Shown piece after piece: positions 10,746 through 24,849 of a stretch of 64,000 nucleotides of DNA. The stretch is from positions 33,108,001-33,172,000 of the forward strand of contig NC_043006.1 of assembly GCF_006345805.1 (NCBI RefSeq), given 5' to 3'. Source of the DNA: Octopus sinensis (Eukaryota). The notes under the pieces are model-generated. The model worked only from the letters and a program-made list of their open reading frames with translations. It did no database searches and was not told the DNA's origin. The position numbers and the translations under genes are program-made. How positions within the stretch are numbered: position 1 is the first letter of the stretch; each line of letters starts with the position of its first letter.

Positions 10746-13059
10746 AGAGTTTAAAATGAGGGGAATTTGGTCGCTATTTCGGGCAGGTAGAGAAGTTCAC
10801 CTTTGTTCGTGTTAAAGCAAGTTGTATTCCACCGTTGATTGCTTAGTATTTGGTCAATGGACATAGCTGCCTTAATTCGACAATTATTTAATAGAATTAC
10901 ATATAATGTCTTAGTATAGTATTTCCAGTGATGTGTTTAATATTATTTCTATGTAATCTTTCCATATCACTTACCAATTTCATATCAGTTACTCTAAGGC
11001 ATTAGTCTAGAATCTTCTATCTAGACTCTAGATAGAAGATTTTGTACAATTTGTCTAGACGTTGATAAATGTGCTGACCTCATAGTGCAGATAAACCCAG
11101 CCTCCACCGTCGCTGTCAACAGTATATTGTCCACTTGCATGGTTCAGAGATACTTTTCGCCGACTTCATTATTAAATATTCATGTCATTCTGTTAAGCTC
11201 TATAATCTGCTTTCGAGAGACAGGTCTTTTAAACTGATTTTCTTTAATATTAATAGATTGACTAAAACAAGGAACTTTTGCGTGTGTGTACGAGTGTATG
11301 TTATTGCTTTTCTGTCAGAAACTGTATATTTGAAGTATAATATGCTTGCTGCCGATTTCGTTTACCTCCAGGCGCTCCGTTATCTGACAGACCTAACTTT
11401 ATACACACCATACATACATATAGAATCTTACACCTATATATATATATATACACACGCACATACGCGCGCGCACACACACGCACGCACATTAGCAATGCAT
11501 CTCGCGTTGCTCGGATGTTATCACCTACAGCCACATTCTATTATTCGTTCCTTTCTTATGGGCAGAATCGGTACCGCTGGTTTATAGTGAACTGGATTAC
11601 AGGTGTAATGGAAGTTATTGTTTATTTTAAAAGTGAAATGGGGTTACAATTTGCATGGGTTTGCATGAAAATGCTTTCTGTTCTTAAGAAAGATCAAAAA
11701 CTTTGTATTGTTTCATCGTATAAAAAAGGGGCTAATACCATTTTGCCCAGAAATCATACTTTTTCAAATTTTTATTTCCCTCCGTCCCCACCCCAAATTC
11801 TTAATTTGTAACATTTTACGAATTTTTTTCTTTTTTCCATGTAGAAAAATACAGAGATTACGAATCTGGGAAATATATTATACATCTTTTAAGTTTAATT
11901 TTCCTTTTTTATTGAGAAATGCTCTATACCTCTTCCCCCACCTCACCCACCCATCACTTAGCCGCCTTCAAAATGCTAAAACCTCCCAATGTTTCACTTT
12001 CGTCTGATGTTTCACGCATGTGTAAAATTGTACGGAAATAGCAGACGTAAAAATTACCAGACCACCACCAGAAAACCCGATACGCTAGAGACAGAAGGTA
12101 AACGACATTATTTCTGAAGAAACTTTCCCATTTTCCAAAAGGCTAAAAATGAAACATTGGTAGCTTGTAGCTTTTTGAGAGTGATGAGGTGATAGGTGTA
12201 TGTTTGGGAAGGAGATTTTAGTGTTTCTTTTGTAAAAAAAAAAAGCAAGAAGAAAATTCTTAAAGATTTGTACTGTCTGTTTTTTTCTCCGTAGATTACC
12301 AAGAAAAAAATTTGGAAAAAAGTTTTTTTAAAATGAAGAATCTGGGGTGGGGAGGGAGAAAATTAAAATATTGAGAACGTGTTTTTTGTGGGGAAATCCT
12401 AATCACCTGAATCGAAAACATAGGAATCGGAAGAAATTTAGGAAAAAAATAAGACAGGTGCGAAAATGTCACATTGAACATGCTAAAAACAACAGGTAAA
12501 GGTCAGGATTGCTGGGAAAACCTCCTTTTAACTTTCTAACGATGATCAGGTTTTTAAATACGCTCGTCACAAATATAAATTACAGAATAGAAAAAGATTA
12601 TTTCAATTGGATTTGAGATGTAATTTTGCGCGTGTACACAGCAAGAAATAACATTTGTGCTGAAGTTTTACCTAGTGTGTGTGTGTGTGTATATATGTGC
12701 GTGTGTGTGTGTATGGGATCATATTATTATTCGTTAATTTCTGTAAAACACTTTTTATTTCTTTATGCTTTGAAGAGAGCAGTAATTGAAAGAGAGTAGA
12801 AAGTGAAAAGGCGATATTTGCTTTGATGTGAGAATAGAAAGTGAATGATGTATGTACGTGTATATGAAATGTACGTGTGTGTGTGTGTGCGTGTGTGTGT
12901 GCGTAAGAGAGAATGTGAGTGAGTGAGTGAGTAAAGGTGTGTGTTATCATGAATGTATTTTTTGCATGTATAAGTTGCACTCAATCTCTCTCTCTCACAC
13001 ACACACACATCATCTTTCATATACACGTACATAAATACATATGCATACATCGTTTTTGT

Positions 13060-13111
<52 letters not shown>

Positions 13112-13384
13112 TTGCATGTTCTCATAACATAGAGAAATGGATGTCTTTTAATGAAATTTTTTGATTGTGGCTTATTTTAATACAATATTTATGTGTACAT
13201 TTTCATAAATATTTGTCTGAGTAGAATTCTACGCATTCGTGAAACATGGGACGAAAGTAAAACAAAGGGAATCGAAATATTGCCCGAAAATTACCTCAAA
13301 ATTATGCGACCCATAGTGGCTAGCGATCTATCATGGCGAATGCCGAACAGAAAGGTCACACGGGAGGGCTAGGAAGAAGAGGAG

Positions 13385-13463
<79 letters not shown>

Positions 13464-14893
13464 TAATAATAATAATAATAATAATATATAAATATGTGTA
13501 TTAATGCTTGTGTGTGTGTGTTTGTTAGTGCGTAAATTTGTGTTGTGCATACGTATATATACATATGTATATATTTGAAAATGTATGTTCAGCTCTTAGA
13601 CAAAAAGTTGCTATAAAGCTAATCAAGAAGACTCATTCCTGTTGGCAATTACATGGAGTAATTAAGTCAGACGACAAAAACTATTTCGTCTGTAATAAGA
13701 AATAGAATCTTTCAAAGTTATGTTCAACTCTTAGACCTCCCTTCTTGTTTTGTTTTTCGTTTTTAATTTCCACCTCGAATACAACTTATACAGAAATATT
13801 CATTTTATGTTTACCAAACCATTTGCTCTTTGTTAGTCTTAATTGCTTTCAAATCATGAGTTGTTGTGTCCTTTTAACATATATACACATTTTGAATTCT
13901 TTTCTGTTTATTAACTCCTAACACAACTTTAGATTATACAGCAGACAAAAACTTATAAAGCGCTTAATTACAACTGTCTGAAATCCGGATATAATCATGT
14001 GCTTGTGTATTTTCTGTCTTTTTTCTTTTTCTTTTTCTCCTTTTGTTGTTTTTACTTCTTCAACTAGATACATATTTTAAATTACAACAAAGATTAACTT
14101 TAGAAATATGTATTGATTAGTAATACAAAATATGAAATGTTGGTGCTTTGGCATTAGAGACACAAAGATGTGTGAATTAACTCACGATACACTTTTTGTG
14201 CCGAGAAAATATTAACTTTAGAAAATGCGGTTACGATACACTGGTGCCATATTATAGAGAAGGATATATTTGTTTTGTCTTTTTTTTATATTCAGAAGTG
14301 TTTTTTTTTTTCATGGTTTTGTTTATATTTTCTTTTTTTTCTAATTTCTTAGTCGTTACATTTGCTCATTTTTGACAGGGTTAAAAGAATATGGTTAACT
14401 TGGTGTATTATACAAATGTCAGTATTTTCTTATATATTAATTTAAACCGTTCGTGCTTACAAAGGCAATTTTAGCTCAGTAATCGTTGTTCAGAAACAAA
14501 GTGAGCATGTTTGCAGAATGCCCTTGACATTCAAAGAGGGCAGTTCCGTTCCTGCATCCGTTATCTACAAAACCCACTGTTTTAAGTGAAAAATGATTTT
14601 CGCTTGGTTATTATGACTGCGGATATTTTTGCCCCGCAAAATTATCACCTTATGAAATTATGCATATTTTCTCTATGTCTTTGATTCCAGGTAAATCCAG
14701 GCGCATAGACACGCACACACACACACACAAATGTGCGTGTACGTTTGTATGTGTGTATGTGTGCATGTATGATTTTGCATATGCCTGAATCCACTATATG
14801 CATACATATGTGTGTGTGTGTGTGCGTGTGTTTGTGGGTGTGTAGAAACACGTATGCATACACGTATATATATATATATATATATGTGTGTGA

Positions 14894-14925
<32 letters not shown>

Positions 14926-14991
14926 GTTAAAATTTGTCCCTGTGTTTTCTTGTCTTTGCTCATTTATCATACGCACACACACACACGCACG

Positions 14992-15025
<34 letters not shown>

Positions 15026-15045
15026 ATATATATATATGTGCGTTT

Positions 15046-15076
<31 letters not shown>

Positions 15077-16247
15077 CGTTTATGTATATATATATATATA
15101 TTATATATATATTATATATATATATATATATAATATATATATACATATCTATGTGTGTGTATGTATATGAGCGTTGGTGCATGTAGTATATGTATACCAA
15201 TGCGTATTTATATGTATAAAATGTCTATTTGATTATACACGTATGAATATCTTTATATGTGACTGTGTCTGCATATATGTTGTACGCATGCGTGTCAGTA
15301 TGCAGTGTACAATAAAAGGGTATTAATGCATCTCTTTACAAAATAATCATCTGTTTAGGTACAAGCTACCCTTAAACGATGCATATTTCATGATGCACCC
15401 CTCACTGTCTACCCGATCGTTGTTAGGGTGAGTGTAACCGATTTATTTACTCTCGATTCTGCTTCAAGGGCATTCGTAGTGCTTGTAGTAGCAGTAGTTG
15501 TCTTTTATTATTTTTGTAGTTGATGTTCTGTTCATGTTGTATATATACGTACTCGCACGCACGTATATAGGGATTATATGTTCACACGTATTACTCCTTC
15601 TTCTGTATACAGAATGTAGAGTTGTCGTCTCAAACGCCTCTTCTCAACTGCTTTCATTTCATCTCTAAGTATCGAACTTTCTCCTTTAAATAGATGAAAG
15701 GTACCATACTCTTCATGGTACATAAACCCAAGTCATCTATTTACAGAGATACCCGTTTTACTCAAAACATATTTGGTCTATTTAAAGTCTTTCTTCTCTT
15801 CAGTGTCACATGGTTCATCACTGATGATTGTTGCCGTGTTTTAATGTTCTTATCGGTCAAAATCTTATCTGTTTTTCTATACTGATTACATTCCAAACGT
15901 TTTTGACACTATTACCAGTTTTGACTTGAGAGCCTGTGGTTCCACTTCTCTGTCTCTTATTAGATAAATATCGTCAGCGAACCGGATGTTGCCAAAGTGA
16001 CCTCCTCTGTTAGAAATGCTTATATGGCAGTTAACTGGCGTCTTCTGCCTGATATATATTTTTTATCTTTTTACTTGTTTCGGTCCTCAGCCTACGGATG
16101 TGCTGGGGCACCATATTGTCAAGAAAGTATTTTAGAAAAGAAAAATAGTAAATAGGTGTGATGGGCTCCGACTTTTATCTCGGAACTGTTTTTAATGCGG
16201 TTATTCACAGTTTGTGTCACCATCACTCCCACACACACATGATATAT

Positions 16248-16290
<43 letters not shown>

Positions 16291-16578
16291 GTTTGTATAT
16301 TTTGCTCACACATACGTACACAGTAGGAAACACTCACATACACACACGCACGTATATATGAACATGTTCGTGTGTGTATGTGTGTGTGTGTACATTAGCC
16401 ATAAAGAGATATATGAACAACAAAGAGGATCGACCCTGTTAGGGGGAACGTGCTGTGCCTGGTCCCGCAGCAGAGGTGTATAGACTGTTCTGCCACTATC
16501 AAGACTCGCTGCACTTTTGTGCCAAATGACATCTACTTAACTGCGCGTACGAGAGAGAGAGAGAGCGAAAAAGAGAGG

Positions 16579-16632
<54 letters not shown>

Positions 16633-17089
16633 ACAAGACCACAAACGTGCGTACGGAAGTATCTATATCTGTACTTACGATATATAATTTTTTAAACTTT
16701 ATTGTAAATTTTATTTTATTTTTTATTTTTATTGTTTTACTTATTCACTTCCTGTGACTTACTATTAAATACATGTAGATAACCATTTATAACAATGCAA
16801 AGGAATCTGTCTTTCTCTCCATTCCTGCCCAACAGCCTTAATTTACTGACTAAGGAAGTTCTAGCGACCATTGTATAAGTACCGTGGATGAGGTCAGAGA
16901 GCAATGGGCAGTGAACGCAGCTCACTTGCTAACTACTAGGTACACACCCAATGCTTAAAAAATTACTATACATATATGCATGAAGCGTAGTAGGCCAACA
17001 CTTCAAAGTCACTGGCATCACTGCTCTTGAAAAAACAATCTCCATATGTATTCTACTAAAATGTATCGGGTAGTCCTTCAGTTTAATAT

Positions 17090-17103
17090 TTAAAAAATGT
17101 GTA

Positions 17104-17147
<44 letters not shown>

Positions 17148-17689
17148 TATATATATATACATATATTTATGCACATATATATACATATATAAATAATATA
17201 TATAATATACATATATAATATATATATATACATATATACATATACATATATAAATAATATATATATATACATATATAATATATATATATACATATAGATA
17301 TATATATATATACATATATATATATTACATATATATAATATATATATATACTATATATAATATATACATATATATATATATATACATATATAATATATAT
17401 ATCATATAATAATATATATATACATATATATATACATATATATATATATTATACATATATATAATATATATACATAATATAATATATATACATATATATA
17501 TATATTCATACATATATATATATATACATACATATATATAATATATAACATATATATAATATATACACATATATAATATATACACATATATATATACATA
17601 TATATATACATATGTATATATATACACATATATATATACATATATATATATACACACATATATATACACACACATATATATATATACAC

Positions 17690-17778
<89 letters not shown>
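17090..17778. repeat. Long degenerate (TA)n/(CA)n tract
   Basis: Seen directly; it is the source of several YIYI ORFs. Confidence 0.95.
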
Positions 17779-17780
<2 letters not shown>

Positions 17781-18274
17781 CCTTGACATCAAAACGAACA
17801 TTAACACAGAGGATGGGCCAAAAGCCATGCACAGCCAAATTTCAATAGGTTCCCGCATTGTCAAAGACATGCTTCAATCTTTCTAAAATTTGAATAAAAG
17901 AAATAATGATGAGTGCACATGTACCTGTACACATTGCCACCTCTCATTGTGGAGGAAATATTTTTTAACGATTGACAATACTCATCGCTATAAACTTAAT
18001 TAAAATTTCTAGGTTGATTCTACTTTAAATTAATTTAAACAAACTTTTGATTTTTCACATCACAGTTTGTAACATTGATTAATTAGTCTATTTGATATGT
18101 ATGAATTAATTTAATAAACATTATTCACTGCTTTGACGCTACAGCATCGACGATAACTTTAGTGAAAAACCTTTCTCCATAACAAATAATATTTTCATTC
18201 TGTAATCATATTGTGTCATTTAGTCTATGGACGTTTTAGTGGATTTTACAACAGCAATCAATAAGCATGTGTGT

Positions 18275-18365
18275 GTGAGTTTGATTCCCGGACCGAGTGG
18301 TGCGCCGTGTTCTCGAGCAAAACACTTCATTCCACCTTGCTCCAGTCCACGTAGCTGTAAAGAAG
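18275..18365 (+). mobile_element. Family C SINE fragment (CORE-like domain)
   Basis: GTGTTCTCGAGCAAAACACTTCATTCCACCTTGCTCCAGTCCAC resembles 20075-20125. Confidence 0.55.
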
Positions 18366-18496
18366 TCACTCAAGGACGGAATAGCCTTCTGACCAGGGGA
18401 AATGTTTAGCCAGCACGGTGGTATCATTCGAAGACGAAAGCGATGTGAGGCGGAGTATAACAACTTCCGATAATCTGGTCAATCATGTGACATGTG

Positions 18497-18540
<44 letters not shown>

Positions 18541-19026
18541 AGATAAATAGGGGAAAATGGATCGAATGGCATTCATTATTTAAATCACTACAATTGTTTT
18601 GGCACATTTATACGCTCATGGTACATTGGTAAAATTATATGAATAACATATCTATCATGCATCAAATGTGTTAGATACTCTTCTTCAGGTGAATGTTTTA
18701 AATAAGTCCTTCTTTAGATCATACCGCCATTTCTCTCAGTTTCAGAACGAATACACAAAGCAATTGCTATTTTCAAAAAATTGCAGAGAATATAAAGAAT
18801 GTCGTTCAATCTATTTTCTGTTACCTATCTATTTGTATAAACTTTATGGGTACTATGGAATTGCAGACGCACATCTAGTAACAAGAGCATTTCCATTGTA
18901 TGGTGACATCCGGTAGACTGCAAGGTTTTTACTCGAATATTTTTAACTATGAGTGTATACATGAATATATGTTTGCAGAGACAGACAGATTGACGGAGGG
19001 ACGGACTGACAAATAGACAGACAGAC

Positions 19027-19105
<79 letters not shown>

Positions 19106-19110
19106 CAGAC

Positions 19111-19149
<39 letters not shown>

Positions 19150-19952
19150 TTAGTTTGATAATTGCCAACGAACGGAATTCTCAGTCCTCGAGTTACTTTT
19201 CAAGTTATTTTATATTTATATGTGTATATACATATTATATATACATATATATTCATACATACAAACTTACATTTAAACATGCATATACACACCTATGTGC
19301 ATGTGTATGTATGTATGTCCCATTACCAATTTCTAACTCTACATGTGCATGTAAGCGAATGTGTGTACATAGATCTTGTAGCACCTCGTTTTTCTTCTTA
19401 CTTTATGCAAATGTGTGATTTGTGTTTTTCTTATATGTTTTTTTTTTTTTTTGCCTTTTTCCTTCTAAACATATCCTACATTTCTTGCACCTGCACTTGT
19501 TTTAGCACTTCCATTTTTCATTCGCAAAATATCCATGAAATGTAATTCTTCCGCCAGCTGTTACTCATGGGATTTTTCAGTTGGCCAGACGAGGACCAGC
19601 AGATTCTTTACAGCCTCTTTACACTTTTGAGATTCATGAAGTTTATTGGGGAGGAGAAATTAAATTTAAGAAGCTAAATTTGGGAGAAAGTTTTTTTTTC
19701 CCAACAAATAGAAAGTCTTGTTTGGATGCTCGTGACTTCTGATGTAAAGTCACTGGAACACCAGGTTAGAGCATTATAACCTCGAGAATGACTAAATAGG
19801 AAATATATATATATACAAAATTGAAATAAGTTATCATTATCTTTAAAACATAATGATAAAGTGGCCAGCGTGTTTACAAATAGTGAGAGATGTGTGGCTA
19901 TCCAGAGTTTACCTCTTCTTTCTAGCAAGCAGGTGCATAGTGTACGCTGACT

Positions 19953-20000
<48 letters not shown>

Positions 20001-20002
20001 TA

Positions 20003-20328
20003 TGGCTCCGTGGTTAGAGCGTCGAGCTTACGATCTTGAGGTTGTGAGTTCGAATCGCGGACCAGGCTGCGTGTTGTGTTCTTGAGCAAGACACTTTATT
20101 TCACGTTGCTCCAGTTAACTCAACTGTAGAAATGAGTTGCGACATTACTAATGCCAAGTTGTATCGAAACTTTGCCTTTCCCTTGGATAAGATCAGTGGC
20201 GTTGAGAGGGGAGGCTCGTATGCATGGGTGACTGCTGGCCTTCCAAAAACAACCTTGCCAGGACTCGTGCCTCGGAGGATAACTTTCTAGGTGCAATCCC
20301 GTAGTCATTCCTGACCGAAGAGGGTCTC
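20003..20328 (+). mobile_element. Full-length tRNA-derived CORE-type SINE (family C; probably one of the octopus OR tRNA-Arg-derived families)
   Basis: A-box-like TGGTTAGAG, ACG-containing loop and B-box GAGTTCGAATC. The central TTCTTGAGCAAGACACTTTATTTC...CTGTAGAAATGAG resembles the MIR/CORE domain. It is homologous to the minus copy at 48252-48570. Confidence 0.85.
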
Positions 20329-20610
20329 CCCTCATATATATATAGAGAGAGAGAGGGGGGAGGGAGGGAGAGAGAGAGAGAGGGGGGAGGGAGGGAGAGA
20401 GAGAGAGAGGTAAATCACAAGCAAATTGCAAGAAATAACAAGAAAAATCAATTAGATGTACACAGTGAATATATTTGAATGGTGCACAATGAAAGTTTTA
20501 GATGGAAAAATAGGAGAAATGACGTTTCGAACATGTCTCCGCGTCAAAAAGAGGTAACAGTCCAGTTATGAGGAGGAAGGAGCAGATAGCCAGAGAAAAG
20601 GACATACAAG

Positions 20611-20648
<38 letters not shown>

Positions 20649-21388
20649 TTCTCTTTTGAGAAAAAGAAAATGGAGACATTAATATATAGGCATCAAATTC
20701 TTTACACCTACAGCTGTTTCCATACCCAATTAATTCAATTTGAGAAATTAAATTAAATTCAGTTAATTTAAATTTTCAGACCGAATATCATGAACTGGGT
20801 ATTTTGTCAAGGGAGAGAATCTGCTCGAAAAGAGCTACATTCCTTGGTGCGAGGAGGGAAAGTGGTTCTTCTTGTGTTCACGCCTGTAAATATGTTTTCA
20901 GAAACTAACATTTGATGTAATTTAAAGAATAAATTAAGGTACAAATATAAGGTTACTGAAACTTGAATCAGGCGGTATCTCATGATTAATATAATTACTT
21001 CTGTAACTAAAAGGATTAATTAATTCTTAAAATATATCGCACTAATATTAAAGTACAAATGAAATAGTTAATATTAATATAAAGTGTTATGTACAGGTAA
21101 CAGTAATATATGTCATATATAATTTACAGAAACATTAATTTAGGCACGTACCTCGAGAATATATGATTAATAGCTTATGGAATTATTAATTAATTTAAGT
21201 TAGAGACACAATGTCTTAATTCAATTTTGGTTTCAACTTTATTTATTGCTTAATTTATTAATTTGATTTGTTAATATCTATGTTTTCCTCGATTAGATCG
21301 TTGATTTCATTTCTCATTATTGTGCACTAATATCGATGACGTTTTATCCAACTATGGTAATTAGTAAGCGGTTAGGGGGCTATGTTAA

Positions 21389-21617
21389 GGCGGCGAGCTG
21401 GCAGAAACGTTAGCACGCCGGGCGAAATGCTTAGCGGTATTTCGTCTGCGTTACGTTGTGAGTTCAAATTCCGCCGAGGTCGACTTTGCCTTTCATCCTT
21501 TCGGGGTCGATAAATTAAGTACCAGTTACGAACTGAGGTCGATGTAATCGACTTAATACCTATGTCTGTCCTTGTTTGTTCCCTCTGTGTTTAGCCCCTT
21601 GTGGGTAATAAAGAAAT
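21389..21617 (+). mobile_element. Family A SINE with a 13-bp target-site duplication
   Basis: Near-consensus copy flanked by GGTTAGGGGGCTA at 21370-21382 and 21619-21631. Confidence 0.92.
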
Positions 21618-21631
21618 GGGTTAGGGGGCTA

Positions 21632-21796
21632 GTCAATTTCATCGACCCCACAGCGTAATTGGTATATATTTAATCAACCCCGAAAGGATGAAAAACAAAG
21701 TCGACCCAGGCGGAATTTGAACTCAGAACGTAACGGCAGACGAAATACGGCTACGCATTTCGCCCGGCGTGCTAACGATTCTGCCAGCTCGCCGCC
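21632..21796 (-). mobile_element. Family A SINE
   Basis: Reverse complement of the 21389 copy over ~165 bp. Confidence 0.92.
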
Positions 21797-23048
21797 TTAA
21801 TAAAGATAATAATATTAATAATAATAATTATTATTATTATTATTATTATTATTTCAAATTTTTGTCACAAGGGCAGCTTGAGTGAGGTGGGGATGAGTCG
21901 ATTACATCGACCCAAGTGTTCAACTGGTACTTCTTTTATCGACTCCGAATGTTTGAAAAGCAAAGTAATAATAATAATAATATAATTAGTTTCTTAGATG
22001 TATGTAGAACATAAGATTTTTAGTTGGAAATTATTTGGAAACCTCTGTCCTAGTAGATTTGAGAAATTTTTTAATAGACCTATTTCCAGGAGCTCCGTAC
22101 GATAAGTGGTGTGCAGACGATTACAAATTTCTTGATAGATTCGTATCGCCAGGACTTTACATGTATATTGGAGCAGACAACAATAACCGCTTCTGTCGCA
22201 TTCTGAGGCTTTATTAAAAGCAGTATGCAATACTAAGTCATAGATTTAAATAAATAGTCTCAACAGATATTTGGAAATATGTTCTAAACAATTTGCTCAT
22301 ATATTTAAAAGACAAAAATGTCGAAGTTTATAGGTTATGTAAATGATTTGGTTACTTTTAAAAGAAAAAATATGCAGATGAATATTAAATTCGCCATTTT
22401 GAAATTTAATTTACTTTTACTGTTCAGTAACAAAAGAAAACGCAACAGAGAAGATTTATTTACAAAAGGAATATCAAAAACATCTAAACAATGTTTAAAA
22501 TTATTTAGAAGCAAAATTATATTAAAGTATGTGTGCGTGCATGTGTTTGTGTATACGTGTGAATTTGTGTGTATGGGTATGTAATATGCATCCCTGTGTT
22601 TGTGTGTGTGTGTAACTGTTGCTGAATGGAGTTTGCAAATGTTAGTTTGCTACTAAGAAATACGATATAGACACGTGACATCAAGTATGCAAATGTGTGT
22701 AGGCGCACGTGTGTGTGTATGTGAGTGACTTCAAAAAATTTTAGTCCACAAATGTCTCAGAAAAAAAAATCAGTTTTACAATTTAAATTTTTATCATTAT
22801 CGTTTATAATAACAACATTATTATTGTTGTTTAACGCAACACCTTTGCTGAAGAATATAACAAGGCGTTAGCTGTCCACAACTAGTGGAATAAGGTAAAA
22901 TCCTCATTTAGACATCGAGAACTCTGTGGAAATATTGTGCAGTTCTAAGCAACTCAGTTTCCTGTAGATGCTTTAAATTTACACGTACCCCTTTGTAGCT
23001 TGGTACTTAAACATTTGTGAGCTAGGCACTTATACCCAATGCTCCATA

Positions 23049-23121
<73 letters not shown>

Positions 23122-23147
23122 TATTGTTATTATTTCATTATTTTTAA

Positions 23148-23835
23148 GGCGGCGAGCTGGCAGAAACGTTAGCACTCCGGGCGAAATGTTTAGCGTTATT
23201 TTGTTTGTCTTTAAGTTCTGAGTTCAAATTCCGCCGAGGTCGAATTTGCCTTTTATCCTTTCGGGGTCGATAAATTAAGTACGGACTGCGTACTGGGGTC
23301 GATCTAATCGACTGTCACCTCCCCCAAAATACTGGGATTTGTGCCTTGAGTAGAAAAGAACCGTTAGCACGCCGAAAGAAATGATTAGCGGCCAGTGAAA
23401 CACTGGGGTCGATGTAATCGCCTCATCCCCATCCCCGAAAATTTCGGGCTTTGTGCCTTTACAAGAAAGGATTAGTATAATCATCATTAATTTTATGGCT
23501 GCGAGCTGGCATTAACGTTAGCACGTCGGGAAAAATGCTTAGCGGCATTTCGTCAATATTTACGTTCTGAGTTCAAATTCGGCCGAAGTCGACTTAGCCT
23601 TTCATCCATTTGGGTCGATAAAACTAGTACCAGTAGGATACTCTGGAGATCGATGCAATCGACTAGTCCCTTCCTACCAAATTGCAGGCCTTGTACTTAT
23701 AGTAGAAAGGATTATTATTATTTGTCTTTCTTCGGAGGCAGTGTGATGGCAGAACCGTCAGCACGCCGACCAAATGGCTTAGTAGTATTTCGTCTGTCTT
23801 CACGTTTTGAGTTCAAATTCCACAGAGGTCGACAT
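23148..23835 (+). mobile_element. Head-to-tail array of family A SINEs
   Basis: Heads at about 23148, 23495 and 23735; tails end in GAAAAGAA/GAAAGGATTATTATT; the array is preceded by (ATT)n at 23050-23125. Confidence 0.85.
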
Positions 23836-24811
23836 TGTCAAACAAAGAAGGGAAATAGAGCCAGTTCCCCCTTTTATTATTGTCACAATGACCCTCCCAA
23901 GATACAATAACATCGGATTCACATCTTGCAAACGAAATACCAAAAACGTAAAATATATACGATATCTCTAATATCACTATAACTCCTTTAATTTTATTAA
24001 TTATAAAATTTCCTTAATTTTCTTGTTGCAGCAAACTATCATCTTCTCACTGGTATGTTTGTCTCGCTATATTCTGCCTATTCTAAATAATGGATGTTTT
24101 TTTTTTCTTTTCCATTTTACACCGGTTTTTATTGAGACATTAATTTATATATTTTCCTTTCAAGTTAACTAGCTTTGCAATGATTTTCGTTTTCATTTAT
24201 ACAATTTAAAACTTCGAATTTTGCTTAATTTATACCTTAAACTTTTTTCAAGTTAACTTGCTTTGAAGACTAACATCAACGTTAAATTACAGTTTATTTT
24301 ATCTTTTTCAACACATGCTTATGTAGGTGTTTATTAAATAGAACCTAGCTACTGACTATTCATTATTTGAGTCTAAATCCCGTCTAAGACATTCTTAAAA
24401 GGCAGCCGATTTAATTATGCTGCTGCTAAATTTTTACGTTTCTTTCGAGATTCTTAGTTTGAATATGTAATTATCTCACCAGTTAGATAATCGATAAAAC
24501 TAACTTTGACCGTTAGATTTGAAATTTTTGTCTTGTATCCAAGGGATTAGATTTCGGATTATTTTATTTCAATTTTTATTAAAATCCACCATATATATTG
24601 TTTTTTGGGTTCTTTTATATGTTTTTAAAAGGCTGTGTCATACAATATTGCAATGATGTTTTTTTCTTTTCTCTCCTACTTATGTAAGACCGTTGAATTT
24701 TAATGCATAACTATAACTACTTTTGAAAAAAATATAAGGACGTATCGAAACAACTGTACTACTTTAACATAATCCATAATACATGAATATCAGTGAGTGC
24801 GTATGTGTGTT

Positions 24812-24849
<38 letters not shown>

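Noticed and set aside
20515-20550. Minus-strand TTGACGC...TTCGAAACGTC hammerhead-like trace
   Set aside because: The core has substitutions and stem I does not pair.
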